From Desulfobacterales bacterium (GTDB taxonomy: Bacteria; Desulfobacterota; Desulfobacteria; Desulfobacterales; UBA5852), in the NCBI GenBank assembly GCA_963674755.2, contig CAXXVS010000003.1:960001-1024000 (forward strand): 64,000 bases of DNA. Reading direction: 5' to 3'. This document shows positions 37,870 to 47,516 of the stretch, in pieces. The translations under genes were made by a program, and so were the position numbers. The number at the start of each line of letters is the position of its first letter. Within the stretch, counting starts at the first letter, position 1. Below the pieces are notes generated by a model. The model saw nothing but the letters and a program-made list of their open reading frames with translations, searched no databases and was not told where the DNA came from.

Positions 37870-38472
37870 TTAGCGCTGTCCCACCACAAGCTCCTGCCCG
37901 GGTCGGATGGTCACCTCCTTGCCCATCTTGTTGAACTTTTTCAGTTGATCTACGGTCACGCCATATTTGCGGCTAATCTGGTAGAGGGTTTCGCCGGCTT
38001 TGACGACGTGAATACGGGGGGTTGCCGCCTTGGGCTTTTGGGGGGATGCAGCGGGCGCTGTTGTGGCAGCCGCTTTCTGGCTTTTTTCAAGGGCCGCCAG
38101 TTTGCCGTTGATCTGGTTGAGGTTCTGGCCGAGTTTCGTCTCCAGGTTTTGAACCTGCTGGGCCAGATTTTCGGTTTGGGTGCGAAGGGCGGCCAGACCT
38201 GCGTCTCCGGTGTTGGCCTGTTCGAGGTTGCCGAGGCGAAATTCGATGTCGTCGAGGCGCTTCGTCAGGAGGGCGATCTCTTCCGACAGGGCACCATTCT
38301 GCGAATTGGAGCTGTACATGGTGAATCCCAGGATGACCACGAGGGCCACGACACCCGCGGCGATATAGGGAACAAACGGTTTGCGAAGAAGACTTTGGCG
38401 ATTGAGCGCGGCATAGGCATCATAGTCTTCGTATGCTTCTTCGTTATCATCAGGCTTGAATGTCATGGTCAT
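37870..38472 (-). CDS. Membrane-anchored coiled-coil LysM protein
   Basis: TM helix, heptad region and C-terminal HVVKAGETLYQISRKYGVTV..L...N...I.PGQ.L. Confidence 0.88.
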   Translation of the reverse strand: MTMTFKPDDNEEAYEDYDAYAALNRQSLLRKPFVPYIAAGVVALVVILGFTMYSSNSQNGALSEEIALLTKRLDDIEFRLGNLEQANTGDAGLAALRTQTENLAQQVQNLETKLGQNLNQINGKLAALEKSQKAAATTAPAASPQKPKAATPRIHVVKAGETLYQISRKYGVTVDQLKKFNKMGKEVTIRPGQELVVGQR

Positions 38473-38576
38473 TCTTTACCTCCTTGCAGTCAGGATTGGG
38501 GGAAATCTTGCATAGCAGCTGTCCGGAAACGCTGGCCCGCCATGGCTTCGGTCGAGCTCCGTCAACGCAAAGCACC

Positions 38577-39203
38577 TTATTTGCGGAGCCCTCTTCCGAA
38601 AATCTCGAAAGCCACTTTAAAGGATTTTTCCAGATCGCTGCGGTCGGGATTGATCACTTTTTTGCTTTCTTCCCAAAGGACGATGCCGGAAAAAAGCGCC
38701 CACACGATATCCGCCAGGGCAAGTGGATTGTGGTCGACGATCCGTTCATCCCGAAGGCCTTCTTTGAACATGGCGGCCATGGTATGAAGCGCCTTGCGTG
38801 AGAGCGCATTGATTTCATCGAGCAAATCCGGTGACAGCGTGCGCAGGGTATCGCTGGACTGCAGGTGAAACATGTTGTTGAGGATGAGCGGATCATAGGC
38901 GTAAACATCTTTCATGGCATTTAGCAGCCCGATCTGCTTGGTTTCATAATCGGCCGTTTCACTCATGACGTGGTCGACCTTGACATTGATGAAACGCAAT
39001 ACGCGCAGGCAGAGGGACGCATAGAGCTCATCTTTGCTTTTGAAATAGAGGTACAAGGTGCCGGGGCTGAGTTCCGCTTCCCGGGCAATATCCTCCATCG
39101 TGCATTTTTCATAACCTTTTTGGGTGAAAACCCGTTTGGCCGCGACCAGAATCTGTTGGCGTCGCATTTCTCTTTCACGCGTCTTACGTTCTTTGATTCC
39201 CAT
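38577..39203 (-). CDS. TetR/AcrR family regulator
   Basis: I..AA..VF...GY...TMEDIA.EAELS.GTLYLYF.SKDEL. Confidence 0.93.
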   Translation of the reverse strand: MGIKERKTREREMRRQQILVAAKRVFTQKGYEKCTMEDIAREAELSPGTLYLYFKSKDELYASLCLRVLRFINVKVDHVMSETADYETKQIGLLNAMKDVYAYDPLILNNMFHLQSSDTLRTLSPDLLDEINALSRKALHTMAAMFKEGLRDERIVDHNPLALADIVWALFSGIVLWEESKKVINPDRSDLEKSFKVAFEIFGRGLRK

Positions 39204-39334
39204 TGATTTCCCTCGGGCAGCCCCGCGTCGGCATGGCAACAGAATGATTTCAGGGGGTAAAGTTCGCTTTCCAAAAAACCACATATTGCGTTGAACTTCA
39301 ATACTCCATTGTGCGGCGGGCACCCCGGTTGGTC

Positions 39335-42300
39335 CTATTTATTCCCTTTCCACAGGGGTTCAACGATCTTGACGGGGAGCTTAACCGTATTTTCCAACAG
39401 ATTCATCAAACTGCTGCCGACAGCCGACGGTGACAGCGGTGTGACCGTCGGGTCCGCGAAGGGTCCGCTGACCTTTACCGGGATGGACACGAGTGTACCC
39501 CCTAACCAGTCGCCGATTATCGGCGTGTATTTGACGATGGCGTCAATCGTTTTGAAGGGGGCTACCAGGACGATCATATCGGCTTGGCCCGTAAGGAGAT
39601 TGACGGTACCCTGAGCGGCAATATCGGCCGAGGCGCCGTCGATGACGGCCTGTTTGATCGTGCAGACGCTGTCCTTGATGTCCACTTGGATATCCATCTG
39701 ATCATAGGCCAAACCGCCTTGCATGAGATCGGGGATCTTGCCGCGAAAGATTTCGGTAAGGTTTACAACGGCCAGGACCTTGCTCAACAAGTTGAAACGG
39801 TAAATACGCCCTTTGCGGGCCTGGAATTCCATTTCGCCCTGAATCGAACGGTTCAACTGGCTGGTGATCCCCTGGGTTTCCAGATGACCGGCCAGGTCGA
39901 ACTCGCCATCGAGCAGGTCGGACTTTTTCAGCAGGCAGGTCATGGTCCTCTCGACGCGGGAATTCTTTGCCTCGGGGGTTAACCTGATTGACACGGTTTC
40001 CGGGGTGACAAGGATGTCGCCCTCGGTTCCGATGCCGCAGAGTTTGGCATCTTCGATCCGGCAATCCCAGCGGTCCCTGGCGATTTGAATGGCAGCGTTG
40101 AAGGGCGACCACTGAAAGCCATTTAAGGTCAACGAATCGATCCGCGAGATAATGCGTCCCCGCAATGGCAGGTCCCAGAAGAAAACGTGTCCTGAGCCAG
40201 GGGGCGGGCGGCCTGTCGACGAAGTTCCGGGAAGGGTAAAGGAAACGTTGTTGGCACGATGCACCACATCAAGCACATAGCCGTTGTCCTCGATAGCGAT
40301 CGATCCGGTAAAGCGGTGGATCTGGTGATCGATTTCAAATACAGCGGGTGTCAGACGCAGGGTGTTATCGGCGGCCTCAATGGAAAGTTCGACGATGTCG
40401 AAACGTTGTGCGATCCGCAGCGGCTGGTGGATGTCATAGGCTTTGAGGGTTCCTGCGACCGACGAACGACCGGGGTGTTCCGGGAAAATGTGCGCCTGGA
40501 ACTGGCCTTCCACATGCCCCCTGGCGTAACGCTTATCCTGCATCATGCGACCGATGGTCGCGGCCGCAATATGGCCCTTGAAGTCGACATCCAGGTTCTC
40601 CGGGCTGTAGGTTACCTGCAGGGTGGCCTGGGAATCCTGGTCCTTGACGGTCACTTTCTGGTGGCGCAATCGAGGGCCCTCCTCTTTTACATCCAGCGCC
40701 ACAAGGGTGCCACCGCCCGTGGTCATTTCGCCAAGAAACGACCTGTCGCCATTTGCGGACCAGTCAAGGGTTGCCGAGGAGATTGCCAGGGGTGCCTTCA
40801 ACTGCCACGACTTCTCGAGATTGACAAGGCGGCTGATCCAGGCATTCGCATCCGGTCCCAATTTGCCGCTGAGCGTCAACGATACCGCCTCCGGCAAATA
40901 AGTCTTTAAAAGAATCAGCGCTTTTTGCAGCCTCACATCAGCATCGCTCATCCGGAGGCGGGCTTCGGGGACCTCGAGTTTGCTGTTGTTGGCCTTAAAG
41001 CGGGCTTCCTCGATGTCCGCCGGCCCGGGCAGAATCGGGCTGACAATGCGCAGTCCCTGCGCGGAACCCTGGGCGCTGAAACGCCATTGATCGGGATGAA
41101 GCAGAGGGCCTTCCGTTTCCAAGCGGTCAAGGTTAAGTTGTCCGCCTTGCCCCTGCAGGGAAAAAGACAGGTCTTCAAATAGGCCGCGGCCTTCGAGCCA
41201 TGGGATGATCTGGCCGAGATCAAGGCGCGTTGAGGCATGATCCACCTGGAGGAGAGGGGTGCCGCCGAATGCGACATGGCCGGTCAATCCGACAAAACTT
41301 GATCCGCCAAGTTTGCCGCTCATATGGATGACTTGGATGCGGTCGCGCGTGTATTGGACCATGCCTTCGGTGATGGACAATTTGGCGGGCAGACGATCGT
41401 ATTGGGCCCCCAAGCGGCAGTGGGCGACATCCACCGTCACGTCCAAAGCAGGACCCCGACCATCGAGGATGAGTCTGCCGTCAGCGGTTCCCGTTAGAGT
41501 CCTGATACGGCGCATTTCGCCCCGGAAGGCGGCATCATCAACCCAGCCCGCCAGCAGGGAGGGTAACGGGGCCAGGTCGGCATCGGCATCGATTTCGAGA
41601 AAAAAAGGTACATTCTCTTCTTGATCCAAATCCAGCCACAGGCGGCCATCGGATCCTTTGGTCTCCCCGTACATGGCTTTCAAATGGTCGCCTTTTAAAA
41701 TCCCCCTGGAAATATCGGCCTTGCCCTGAACGTCCGTTAGCGCCAGTTCGGCCCCCGGAATAAAAAGACGGCCGTTTTCGACCGTGCCGAGTAGGGTCAT
41801 GTTGCGGAAAACGGCCATATCCGCCGGTTGCGTGCCCTTCGTGCTGAACTGGATCCAGGGAACTTCCCCGCCCCGCAGCACATCAAAGATTCCGGCAACC
41901 ACGTCGTTGTCGCCGGCAAGGGCCAGGCTTGCTTGGCGCAAGGGTTCAATCGTGAGATGGCTGCCCGTCAGCTCGACCTGATACAATGGCGCACCGGGAT
42001 TGACAACCGCGTGACCACTCAGGGATAGCGCTGGCTGAGCGACCTGCAACTTTTCCAAGTCGATGCGAAAGTTGGCGGGGGAATAGACCAGCTCGCTTTT
42101 AAGTGTGATCTCCTTAACGGTTACGCTGGCGGTTCCGCGTTTTAGCAGGATACGGGGCAGACGGGCCTGGATGGCCATCTGAAGATGGTCGCGATCCGAC
42201 AGGTCGGCGTGGGCCGTAACGTCCAGGGGCGCACCTTCCCATTGGAAGGGAACCTTGGGAAGCTGTGAACGCAGGGGCTCCGGATTGAGGTGATCGATGC

Positions 42301-42976
42301 TGAGCCTGAGTCGTCCTTGAAACGTGGCCGGATTGAGTGTCCCGGAAAGATGTAAGGTCTCCCAGATAGTCGAGCGGCAGCGCAACTCAATCGTCATGTC
42401 AGCGGGCGGCAGCTGGAAAGCGAGATCGATGCCCTCGACCTGGATGGCGGGCTGGGAAATTCCCTTGATGCGAAGGCGGCCGCTTTTAATGGTGATGGTC
42501 GCTTTCCGGAGCGCTGCCGCAGGTCCCGGCAGGCCGTTTTGCAGCAAAGGGATGATGGCTTGCGCGGTGGCCGGTGAGTGAGGTCGGGGTTTTTGTCGAC
42601 CTTGTGGTCGTGGAAGGGCCACTTCGAAATCGGGGGCTTTGATGAGGATCCTGCCGATTCGCAGGTCCCCGGTTAGAAGGGCTGAGAATGAGGGATATAT
42701 CTGCAGATTTCGCCATTGCCCCTCCAGTTGTCCGGGTATGTTGATTCGGGCATTCGGAATGACGACGTGCGGCAGGGGCAGAAGGTCCAACTGGAAGCGG
42801 TCACTGGTAAAGCTGCCTCCGGTGAATTCTTTGAAAAGCGCTTCGGCATCCAGGCGATTTAATTGGCGTTCGACCAGGGCGGGGACAAGGTACCAAGCCA
42901 CCGCGCCGAGCAACAACAGCAAGACCACCCCGCCGATGATGAATTTCCCGTAAGGACGGTTTTTGGGTGGGGGCAT
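39335..42976 (-). CDS. AsmA-like (YhdP/TamB superfamily) protein
   Basis: 1213 aa with N-terminal anchor, repeated beta-rich segments and AsmA-like C-terminus (PIIG..LGG.L...P..V.G...DP.V). Confidence 0.82.
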   Translation of the reverse strand: MPPPKNRPYGKFIIGGVVLLLLLGAVAWYLVPALVERQLNRLDAEALFKEFTGGSFTSDRFQLDLLPLPHVVIPNARINIPGQLEGQWRNLQIYPSFSALLTGDLRIGRILIKAPDFEVALPRPQGRQKPRPHSPATAQAIIPLLQNGLPGPAAALRKATITIKSGRLRIKGISQPAIQVEGIDLAFQLPPADMTIELRCRSTIWETLHLSGTLNPATFQGRLRLSIDHLNPEPLRSQLPKVPFQWEGAPLDVTAHADLSDRDHLQMAIQARLPRILLKRGTASVTVKEITLKSELVYSPANFRIDLEKLQVAQPALSLSGHAVVNPGAPLYQVELTGSHLTIEPLRQASLALAGDNDVVAGIFDVLRGGEVPWIQFSTKGTQPADMAVFRNMTLLGTVENGRLFIPGAELALTDVQGKADISRGILKGDHLKAMYGETKGSDGRLWLDLDQEENVPFFLEIDADADLAPLPSLLAGWVDDAAFRGEMRRIRTLTGTADGRLILDGRGPALDVTVDVAHCRLGAQYDRLPAKLSITEGMVQYTRDRIQVIHMSGKLGGSSFVGLTGHVAFGGTPLLQVDHASTRLDLGQIIPWLEGRGLFEDLSFSLQGQGGQLNLDRLETEGPLLHPDQWRFSAQGSAQGLRIVSPILPGPADIEEARFKANNSKLEVPEARLRMSDADVRLQKALILLKTYLPEAVSLTLSGKLGPDANAWISRLVNLEKSWQLKAPLAISSATLDWSANGDRSFLGEMTTGGGTLVALDVKEEGPRLRHQKVTVKDQDSQATLQVTYSPENLDVDFKGHIAAATIGRMMQDKRYARGHVEGQFQAHIFPEHPGRSSVAGTLKAYDIHQPLRIAQRFDIVELSIEAADNTLRLTPAVFEIDHQIHRFTGSIAIEDNGYVLDVVHRANNVSFTLPGTSSTGRPPPGSGHVFFWDLPLRGRIISRIDSLTLNGFQWSPFNAAIQIARDRWDCRIEDAKLCGIGTEGDILVTPETVSIRLTPEAKNSRVERTMTCLLKKSDLLDGEFDLAGHLETQGITSQLNRSIQGEMEFQARKGRIYRFNLLSKVLAVVNLTEIFRGKIPDLMQGGLAYDQMDIQVDIKDSVCTIKQAVIDGASADIAAQGTVNLLTGQADMIVLVAPFKTIDAIVKYTPIIGDWLGGTLVSIPVKVSGPFADPTVTPLSPSAVGSSLMNLLENTVKLPVKIVEPLWKGNK

Positions 42977-43190
42977 GAGTTCGGTCCCGAGCCATCTTCG
43001 GTTGGTGCAACTGGTCGCATTGGTAGGCTACCGTATACCTTTTAGGCGATGACGATCAAGATGGATTCTCCATGTTGCGATGGCCGGAGTAAGGAATCGC
43101 AGGTTAAGGCGACGCGGCGGGCCGATTTGGTCGGGAGGGGTGGGGATGGGGGGCACTTGGAGGGAAGGTCATTTTGACACAGGGTTCGGC

Positions 43191-43493
43191 TTAAAAAATG
43201 ACCTTCAGTGTCAGACAGGCGGCATAGGCATTCAAGGACGCCCCGCCATCCCCATTAAGCTGTTCTATCTCTCCCGACCTATCGGTGTCTTCGATCTCTA
43301 TATGAAGGGCATACGGGTTGTTGGTATAGACTGAGAAGCTGCCCAAATGGCGATCCGTTTTGAATTCTTCGGACCAATCATTGCCGCTGGGTTGCAACCT
43401 GAAGTTGCTCTGCATAATGTGGGCCATGCTGCTGCATCCCAGCATCAAGGCGCTTATTGTGATAACCATTATGATAACAAGGCACTTCATCAT
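43191..43493 (-). CDS. Hypothetical lipoprotein
   Basis: GGAG RBS; hydrophobic leader ending in lipobox-like MLGC; AT-richer than neighbours. Confidence 0.5.
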   Translation of the reverse strand: MMKCLVIIMVITISALMLGCSSMAHIMQSNFRLQPSGNDWSEEFKTDRHLGSFSVYTNNPYALHIEIEDTDRSGEIEQLNGDGGASLNAYAACLTLKVIF

Positions 43494-43683
43494 GAGATTC
43501 TCCAGATCCAATCTGACTGTTACTCTAATCAAATAATGTGCCATCATGACCATCTATTTTTCAACCACTGGAATTCACGACGAATAAAATTTATGAGCAC
43601 ATTGGGGTTCGAATTTGGCAGATAAAAATATTGATATATCGCTTTTTGTTATTTATATATAAACAAAAAGATCAAATAAAATT

Positions 43684-45231
43684 ATGAAAACGTATTTTGA
43701 CTTATTTCGATCCCTGTCCGAGGAACTCGACCCCAAAGGGTTGCAGCGTAAATTCCTCAGTGCCCTGCTGGAGATGCAGGACGTCAGCAGAGGGTCCATT
43801 TGGATACAAGATGGCGACGGATACAAGTGTGTGGAGGCCCTTGGCGAACAATTTGAAGCCATCCAGGGCCTATCCATCAGTGCTAACGAACCAAGCATCG
43901 TGGGGTGGGTAATTGAAAACCGCCAGATGACCGTGGCGGAGCCGGGGGCCGACGGACGGCACCACGGGGCGGCGGAAGAAGGATTGGCCATCAAGAGCAG
44001 CAAGATCCTTTGCTTCCCCTTGTTTTTGCGGGATGGCACCGTCTACGGCGCGGTTCAGGTAATCGACACTTCACGTGACAAATCCCGACTCAATCTGGAT
44101 GGCGGATACCTTAAAAGCATTCAGGAGCTGATCGATGTCGGATCCATTGCACTCAGCAATGCAGTGCTCTACCGCCAGAAGCTCGAAGAAACCGAAACCC
44201 TCAAAAGTACCCTGGAACGCATTCAGGGCGGCACCCGGCTGATCGGGCAGGGGCCGGCCTTCCAACAAGCCCGCGAAATGACGGAAAGCTATGCCCTGAC
44301 AGACTATCCCGTGTTGATTACGGGCGAAAGCGGCACCGGCAAAGAACTGTTCGCCCGGCAGATTCACCAACTGAGTCCCCGCAATCAGGCGCCGTTTCTC
44401 GTTCAAAACTGCAGTGCGATCCCGGAAACGTTATTGGAAAGCGAGCTTTTCGGCTACACCAAGGGCGCTTTTACAGGGGCGGTCAAGAACCGTGACGGCC
44501 TATTTGAGGCGGCCCATGGCGGCACGCTATTTCTGGATGAAATCGGTGATATGCCGCTCAACTTGCAGGCGCGAATTCTGCGGGTCATCCAAGATGGTGA
44601 GGTGAAACCCCTGGGGTCCAACGCCGCCCGGCAGGTGGATGTGCGGATTGTTTCGGCCACCCATCGAGACCTGACGGAGATGGTGGCCGAGAACCGCTTT
44701 CGGGAAGACCTTTTTTATCGCTTATCCGTTTTGCCACTGCCCTTGCCGCCCCTGCGCGACCGTCCGGAAGACATCCCTTTGTTGCTCAGGCATTTCCTGC
44801 ATCAGGAGGCGGCCAAGATGCAGATGGCCCCCAAGCGCCTGAGTCGCGAGGCCACAAATTTGCTGACGACCTATGGCTGGGGGGGGAACATTCGTGAGCT
44901 CGAAAATTTTGTTCGCTATATCCTGGTAACCAGCGAGAAGGATGTCATCGAAGGCGCCGATCTCCCACCCCCCATGATCGACATCGGTCAGCGCCGTCGA
45001 CAGACGGATCGCCGCCGTCCGCCCGGTCGTCCCTTTTCCGAGGGTGAACCGGACCCTGCCCAGTCGTTGCGCTTCGGTCAGTATTCCTGGGAGGAGGTCG
45101 AGCGCGCGTATGTGCTTCACCTCATGAAATCGCATAACTGGAATATCACCCAGGCGGCCCAATCGGCCAAGGTGAATCGATCGACCTTTGTCTCCCGTAT
45201 GCGTCGTTTGGGGATTTCCAAGAAGCGATGA
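43684..45231 (+). CDS. GAF-domain sigma-54 enhancer-binding protein
   Basis: GESGTGKE, ESELFG..KGAFTGA, FLDEIG, FREDLFYRL, GNIREL.N and Fis-type HTH. Confidence 0.94.
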   Translation: MKTYFDLFRSLSEELDPKGLQRKFLSALLEMQDVSRGSIWIQDGDGYKCVEALGEQFEAIQGLSISANEPSIVGWVIENRQMTVAEPGADGRHHGAAEEGLAIKSSKILCFPLFLRDGTVYGAVQVIDTSRDKSRLNLDGGYLKSIQELIDVGSIALSNAVLYRQKLEETETLKSTLERIQGGTRLIGQGPAFQQAREMTESYALTDYPVLITGESGTGKELFARQIHQLSPRNQAPFLVQNCSAIPETLLESELFGYTKGAFTGAVKNRDGLFEAAHGGTLFLDEIGDMPLNLQARILRVIQDGEVKPLGSNAARQVDVRIVSATHRDLTEMVAENRFREDLFYRLSVLPLPLPPLRDRPEDIPLLLRHFLHQEAAKMQMAPKRLSREATNLLTTYGWGGNIRELENFVRYILVTSEKDVIEGADLPPPMIDIGQRRRQTDRRRPPGRPFSEGEPDPAQSLRFGQYSWEEVERAYVLHLMKSHNWNITQAAQSAKVNRSTFVSRMRRLGISKKR

Positions 45232-45236
45232 CACTT

Positions 45237-45749
45237 TCAGCCCGATAATTTTCCCGGAAGCCATGCGGATAGGTTGAAGCGTCCCTGTTTCCGTATGAGT
45301 TCGCCGGTTGTGACGCGCAGCCTTTCGGCCAGGGTTTCGGCAAAGATGCGATAGAGGATATAGCCGAAGGCCAAACGATCATCGCCGGTCAAACGCTGGA
45401 TTTGGCGTGTGTCGGTCGCCAGGCAAACCGTATCTTCGGTGGCGAACACCGAGGCGGAGCGCGCGGCCCCATCGATGGCGCCGATCTCCCCGATCAATTC
45501 GCCACGCCGGTCGGTGGCCGCAATGACCTGCTGGTGTTTAACAATTTCCACACGGCCATATACGAGAATGTAAATCCAGGCACCTGTGCTGCCTTCTTTA
45601 AGGATGCGTTCGCCCTTGCGGTATTTCCGGATCTTGCTTTTCTGGAGCAGGATGCGGAGTTCGGTTTCCCTGAACTTTTCCAGCGAGGGGATGCTTTTCA
45701 GCGATTGGATGAGTTTGGCGTTTTCCTCCAGGTACTGCGATTCGATCAT
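45237..45749 (-). CDS. Stand-alone cyclic nucleotide-binding domain protein
   Basis: I..EG..G...Y....G.V.I and GE..GE...IDG..RSASV.A; no HTH. Confidence 0.85.
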   Translation of the reverse strand: MIESQYLEENAKLIQSLKSIPSLEKFRETELRILLQKSKIRKYRKGERILKEGSTGAWIYILVYGRVEIVKHQQVIAATDRRGELIGEIGAIDGAARSASVFATEDTVCLATDTRQIQRLTGDDRLAFGYILYRIFAETLAERLRVTTGELIRKQGRFNLSAWLPGKLSG

Positions 45750-46009
45750 GCGCTTGTCTCCATTCCTTTGCACGTTCCTTGGAGCTAAAATCCCACTTGA
45801 AAATGGCGCCTTGCGGGAAAGCGAGTTCGCCTCAGAACGGCGCCCGGTCCTCCACTGAAATGACGCACTGACTTGGCAGCAAATATTATGCCCAAGATTT
45901 CTATCGATATCGTCCGACACACTTTTCTCAGCCGTATCCGGTTTTCTTGGTATGGTGACGGCCTACCGGCAGGTTTGAGGCATAGGGGGATTCTGGCGGG
46001 TATGGGGAT

Positions 46010-46051
46010 TGTCAATAATCAATTGACAGCGTGGGAGGAGGGCGTTATTTT
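46010..46051 (+). promoter_or_regulatory. Sigma-70-type promoter with a palindrome over the -35
   Basis: TGTCAAT-N5-ATTGACA (46010-46028); TTGACA-17 nt-TATTTT upstream of the first FmdB gene. Confidence 0.5.
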
Positions 46052-46099
46052 CTACAGTAACACCAAGGGGGCGTATTGGCGCCCGCGAAAGGATTTGTC

Positions 46100-46291
46100 A
46101 TGCCGGTCTATGAATTTGAATGCCCCGAAGGCACCGTAACCGAACGCTTGGTCAAAATGGGAACCAAATCCATTAAATGTCCCCAATGCCATAAGACCGC
46201 CCATAAGATCATATCCCGTTGCACCTTCGAATTGAAAGGTGGCGGCTGGTATGCGGACGGTTATCGCTCCACGAAATCCTCGAAGTCCTGA
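46100..46291 (+). CDS. FmdB-family zinc-ribbon protein
   Basis: MPVYEFEC, CPQC and F.LKG.GWY..GY. Confidence 0.85.
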   Translation: MPVYEFECPEGTVTERLVKMGTKSIKCPQCHKTAHKIISRCTFELKGGGWYADGYRSTKSSKS

Positions 46292-46368
46292 TAATCCCCC
46301 GAAGCGTTATTGACGTTTTCGATACGATCTTGATCCACTGAACGAAGGCGGTTTAGGAGGAAAGACGC

Positions 46369-46575
46369 ATGCCTTTATATGAATACCGATGCAAGCACTG
46401 CGGGAGCGAATTCGAATGCCTGATGCTGTCGGCGAGCGATCCGGAGCCCGAGTGTCCTTGCTGCCATAAAATGGGGGTCGAAAAACTGATTTCCGCCGGG
46501 AGTATCCGCCCCCAGGGGATCCCCGCCGGTGCCGGGGGATTCACACCACCGGCGTGTGCCCCTTCGGGCGGCTGA
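46369..46575 (+). CDS. FmdB-family zinc-ribbon protein
   Basis: AGGAGG RBS; MPLYEYRCKHCG..FE, CPCC and KLIS. Confidence 0.88.
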   Translation: MPLYEYRCKHCGSEFECLMLSASDPEPECPCCHKMGVEKLISAGSIRPQGIPAGAGGFTPPACAPSGG

Positions 46576-46708
46576 AAGGTATAGCGCCCCTTGGTCAAGG
46601 GGCTTTACACCCGCCCAAAGACTGCTCTTGAGGCAGTGAAGCATCCCCTCCGATATGGCCGCAAGCGGTCCGTTCGGCGTTCAATAAACCTGGCGCGGAG
46701 TTTCGCGA

Positions 46709-46942
46709 ATGACTGACATTCGTATGTCGACCGAAATGCGAACTGACTATGACTGTGAAATCACAGGCATGCCGGCCGAGCACTGGGGCGAGGCGGTGTT
46801 TAAGGTCGGGGATCAGGAGCTTGTTGTTGAAGTCAGCGTTGAGAAGGACGTGATCGTCGCCGTGATGGCCGGTGAGGACGCCGTCTGGAAGGGCACCCTG
46901 GAAGGATTCCGGCGTCTGCTCCAGAGTAGCCTGAAAAAATAA
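46709..46942 (+). CDS. Hypothetical protein (77 aa, acidic, beta-rich)
   Basis: GGAG RBS and host-like codon usage; no family recognised. Confidence 0.65.
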   Translation: MTDIRMSTEMRTDYDCEITGMPAEHWGEAVFKVGDQELVVEVSVEKDVIVAVMAGEDAVWKGTLEGFRRLLQSSLKK

Positions 46943-47064
46943 TTCGGCCCGCGCAGCAATCGAATAGGGTCCATCACTACCCGGGTATCCGCAGACGCCG
47001 TTCGTCCTTCATATCGCCGCTGGGATCAGCCGGCTCCTCTTTTCCTCTATCGCCATTCCCATCC

Positions 47065-47228
47065 TAAATGGCCCTATTTGCAACTAAGATGACCTTCGGC
47101 CGCCCATTCATCCTGCCTGATGGCATTGCGAAAACACGGCATATGCCGGATTTGCTTTGGCTTTCGCACCTTGCCAGCCAACCGTGACGCTTTCATGGCC
47201 TCACCGTTTTGATGAACAGACCCGCTAA
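47065..47228. repeat. Intergenic repeat family B, longest copy
   Basis: Left half matches the copies at 1124 and 14149; continues to CACCTTGCC...GATGAACAGACC, loosely complementary to the left end. Confidence 0.7.
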
Positions 47229-47437
47229 GAGCGGGGTTTCCTCCATATGCTTTTAGTGCCGCAAGCCATCGTCCAATAGGTATGCGGCTCCCTTTAGGCC
47301 CAATGGACGACTGGCGACGGGGCCGTCGGATTTATTGCCCCTGATGTGCGAGAGGTGTCCTAAAATAAGGGTGCCTGGTTTGTTTCGGTCTGGCCTGCTC
47401 CCGCTCCCGGCCGAATTCAGTTTACGATTAATTCTAA

Positions 47438-47466
47438 TTGACGACTTTTCGAAAACAATATATAAA
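47438..47466 (+). promoter_or_regulatory. Sigma-70 promoter of the SDR-ThDP cluster with a candidate operator
   Basis: TTGACG-17 nt-TATAAA; palindrome TTTTCGAAAA inside the spacer. Confidence 0.65.
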
Positions 47467-47516
47467 TCATTATTCGAATGCCGCTCGAAATAAAATTATC
47501 CACACGGGAGGTCGGG

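Noticed and set aside
47260..47420. Hairpin GCCATCGTCCA/TGGACGACTGGC as a TPP riboswitch for the ThDP operon
   Set aside because: Lacks the CUGAGA and thi-box motifs and lies upstream of the predicted promoter
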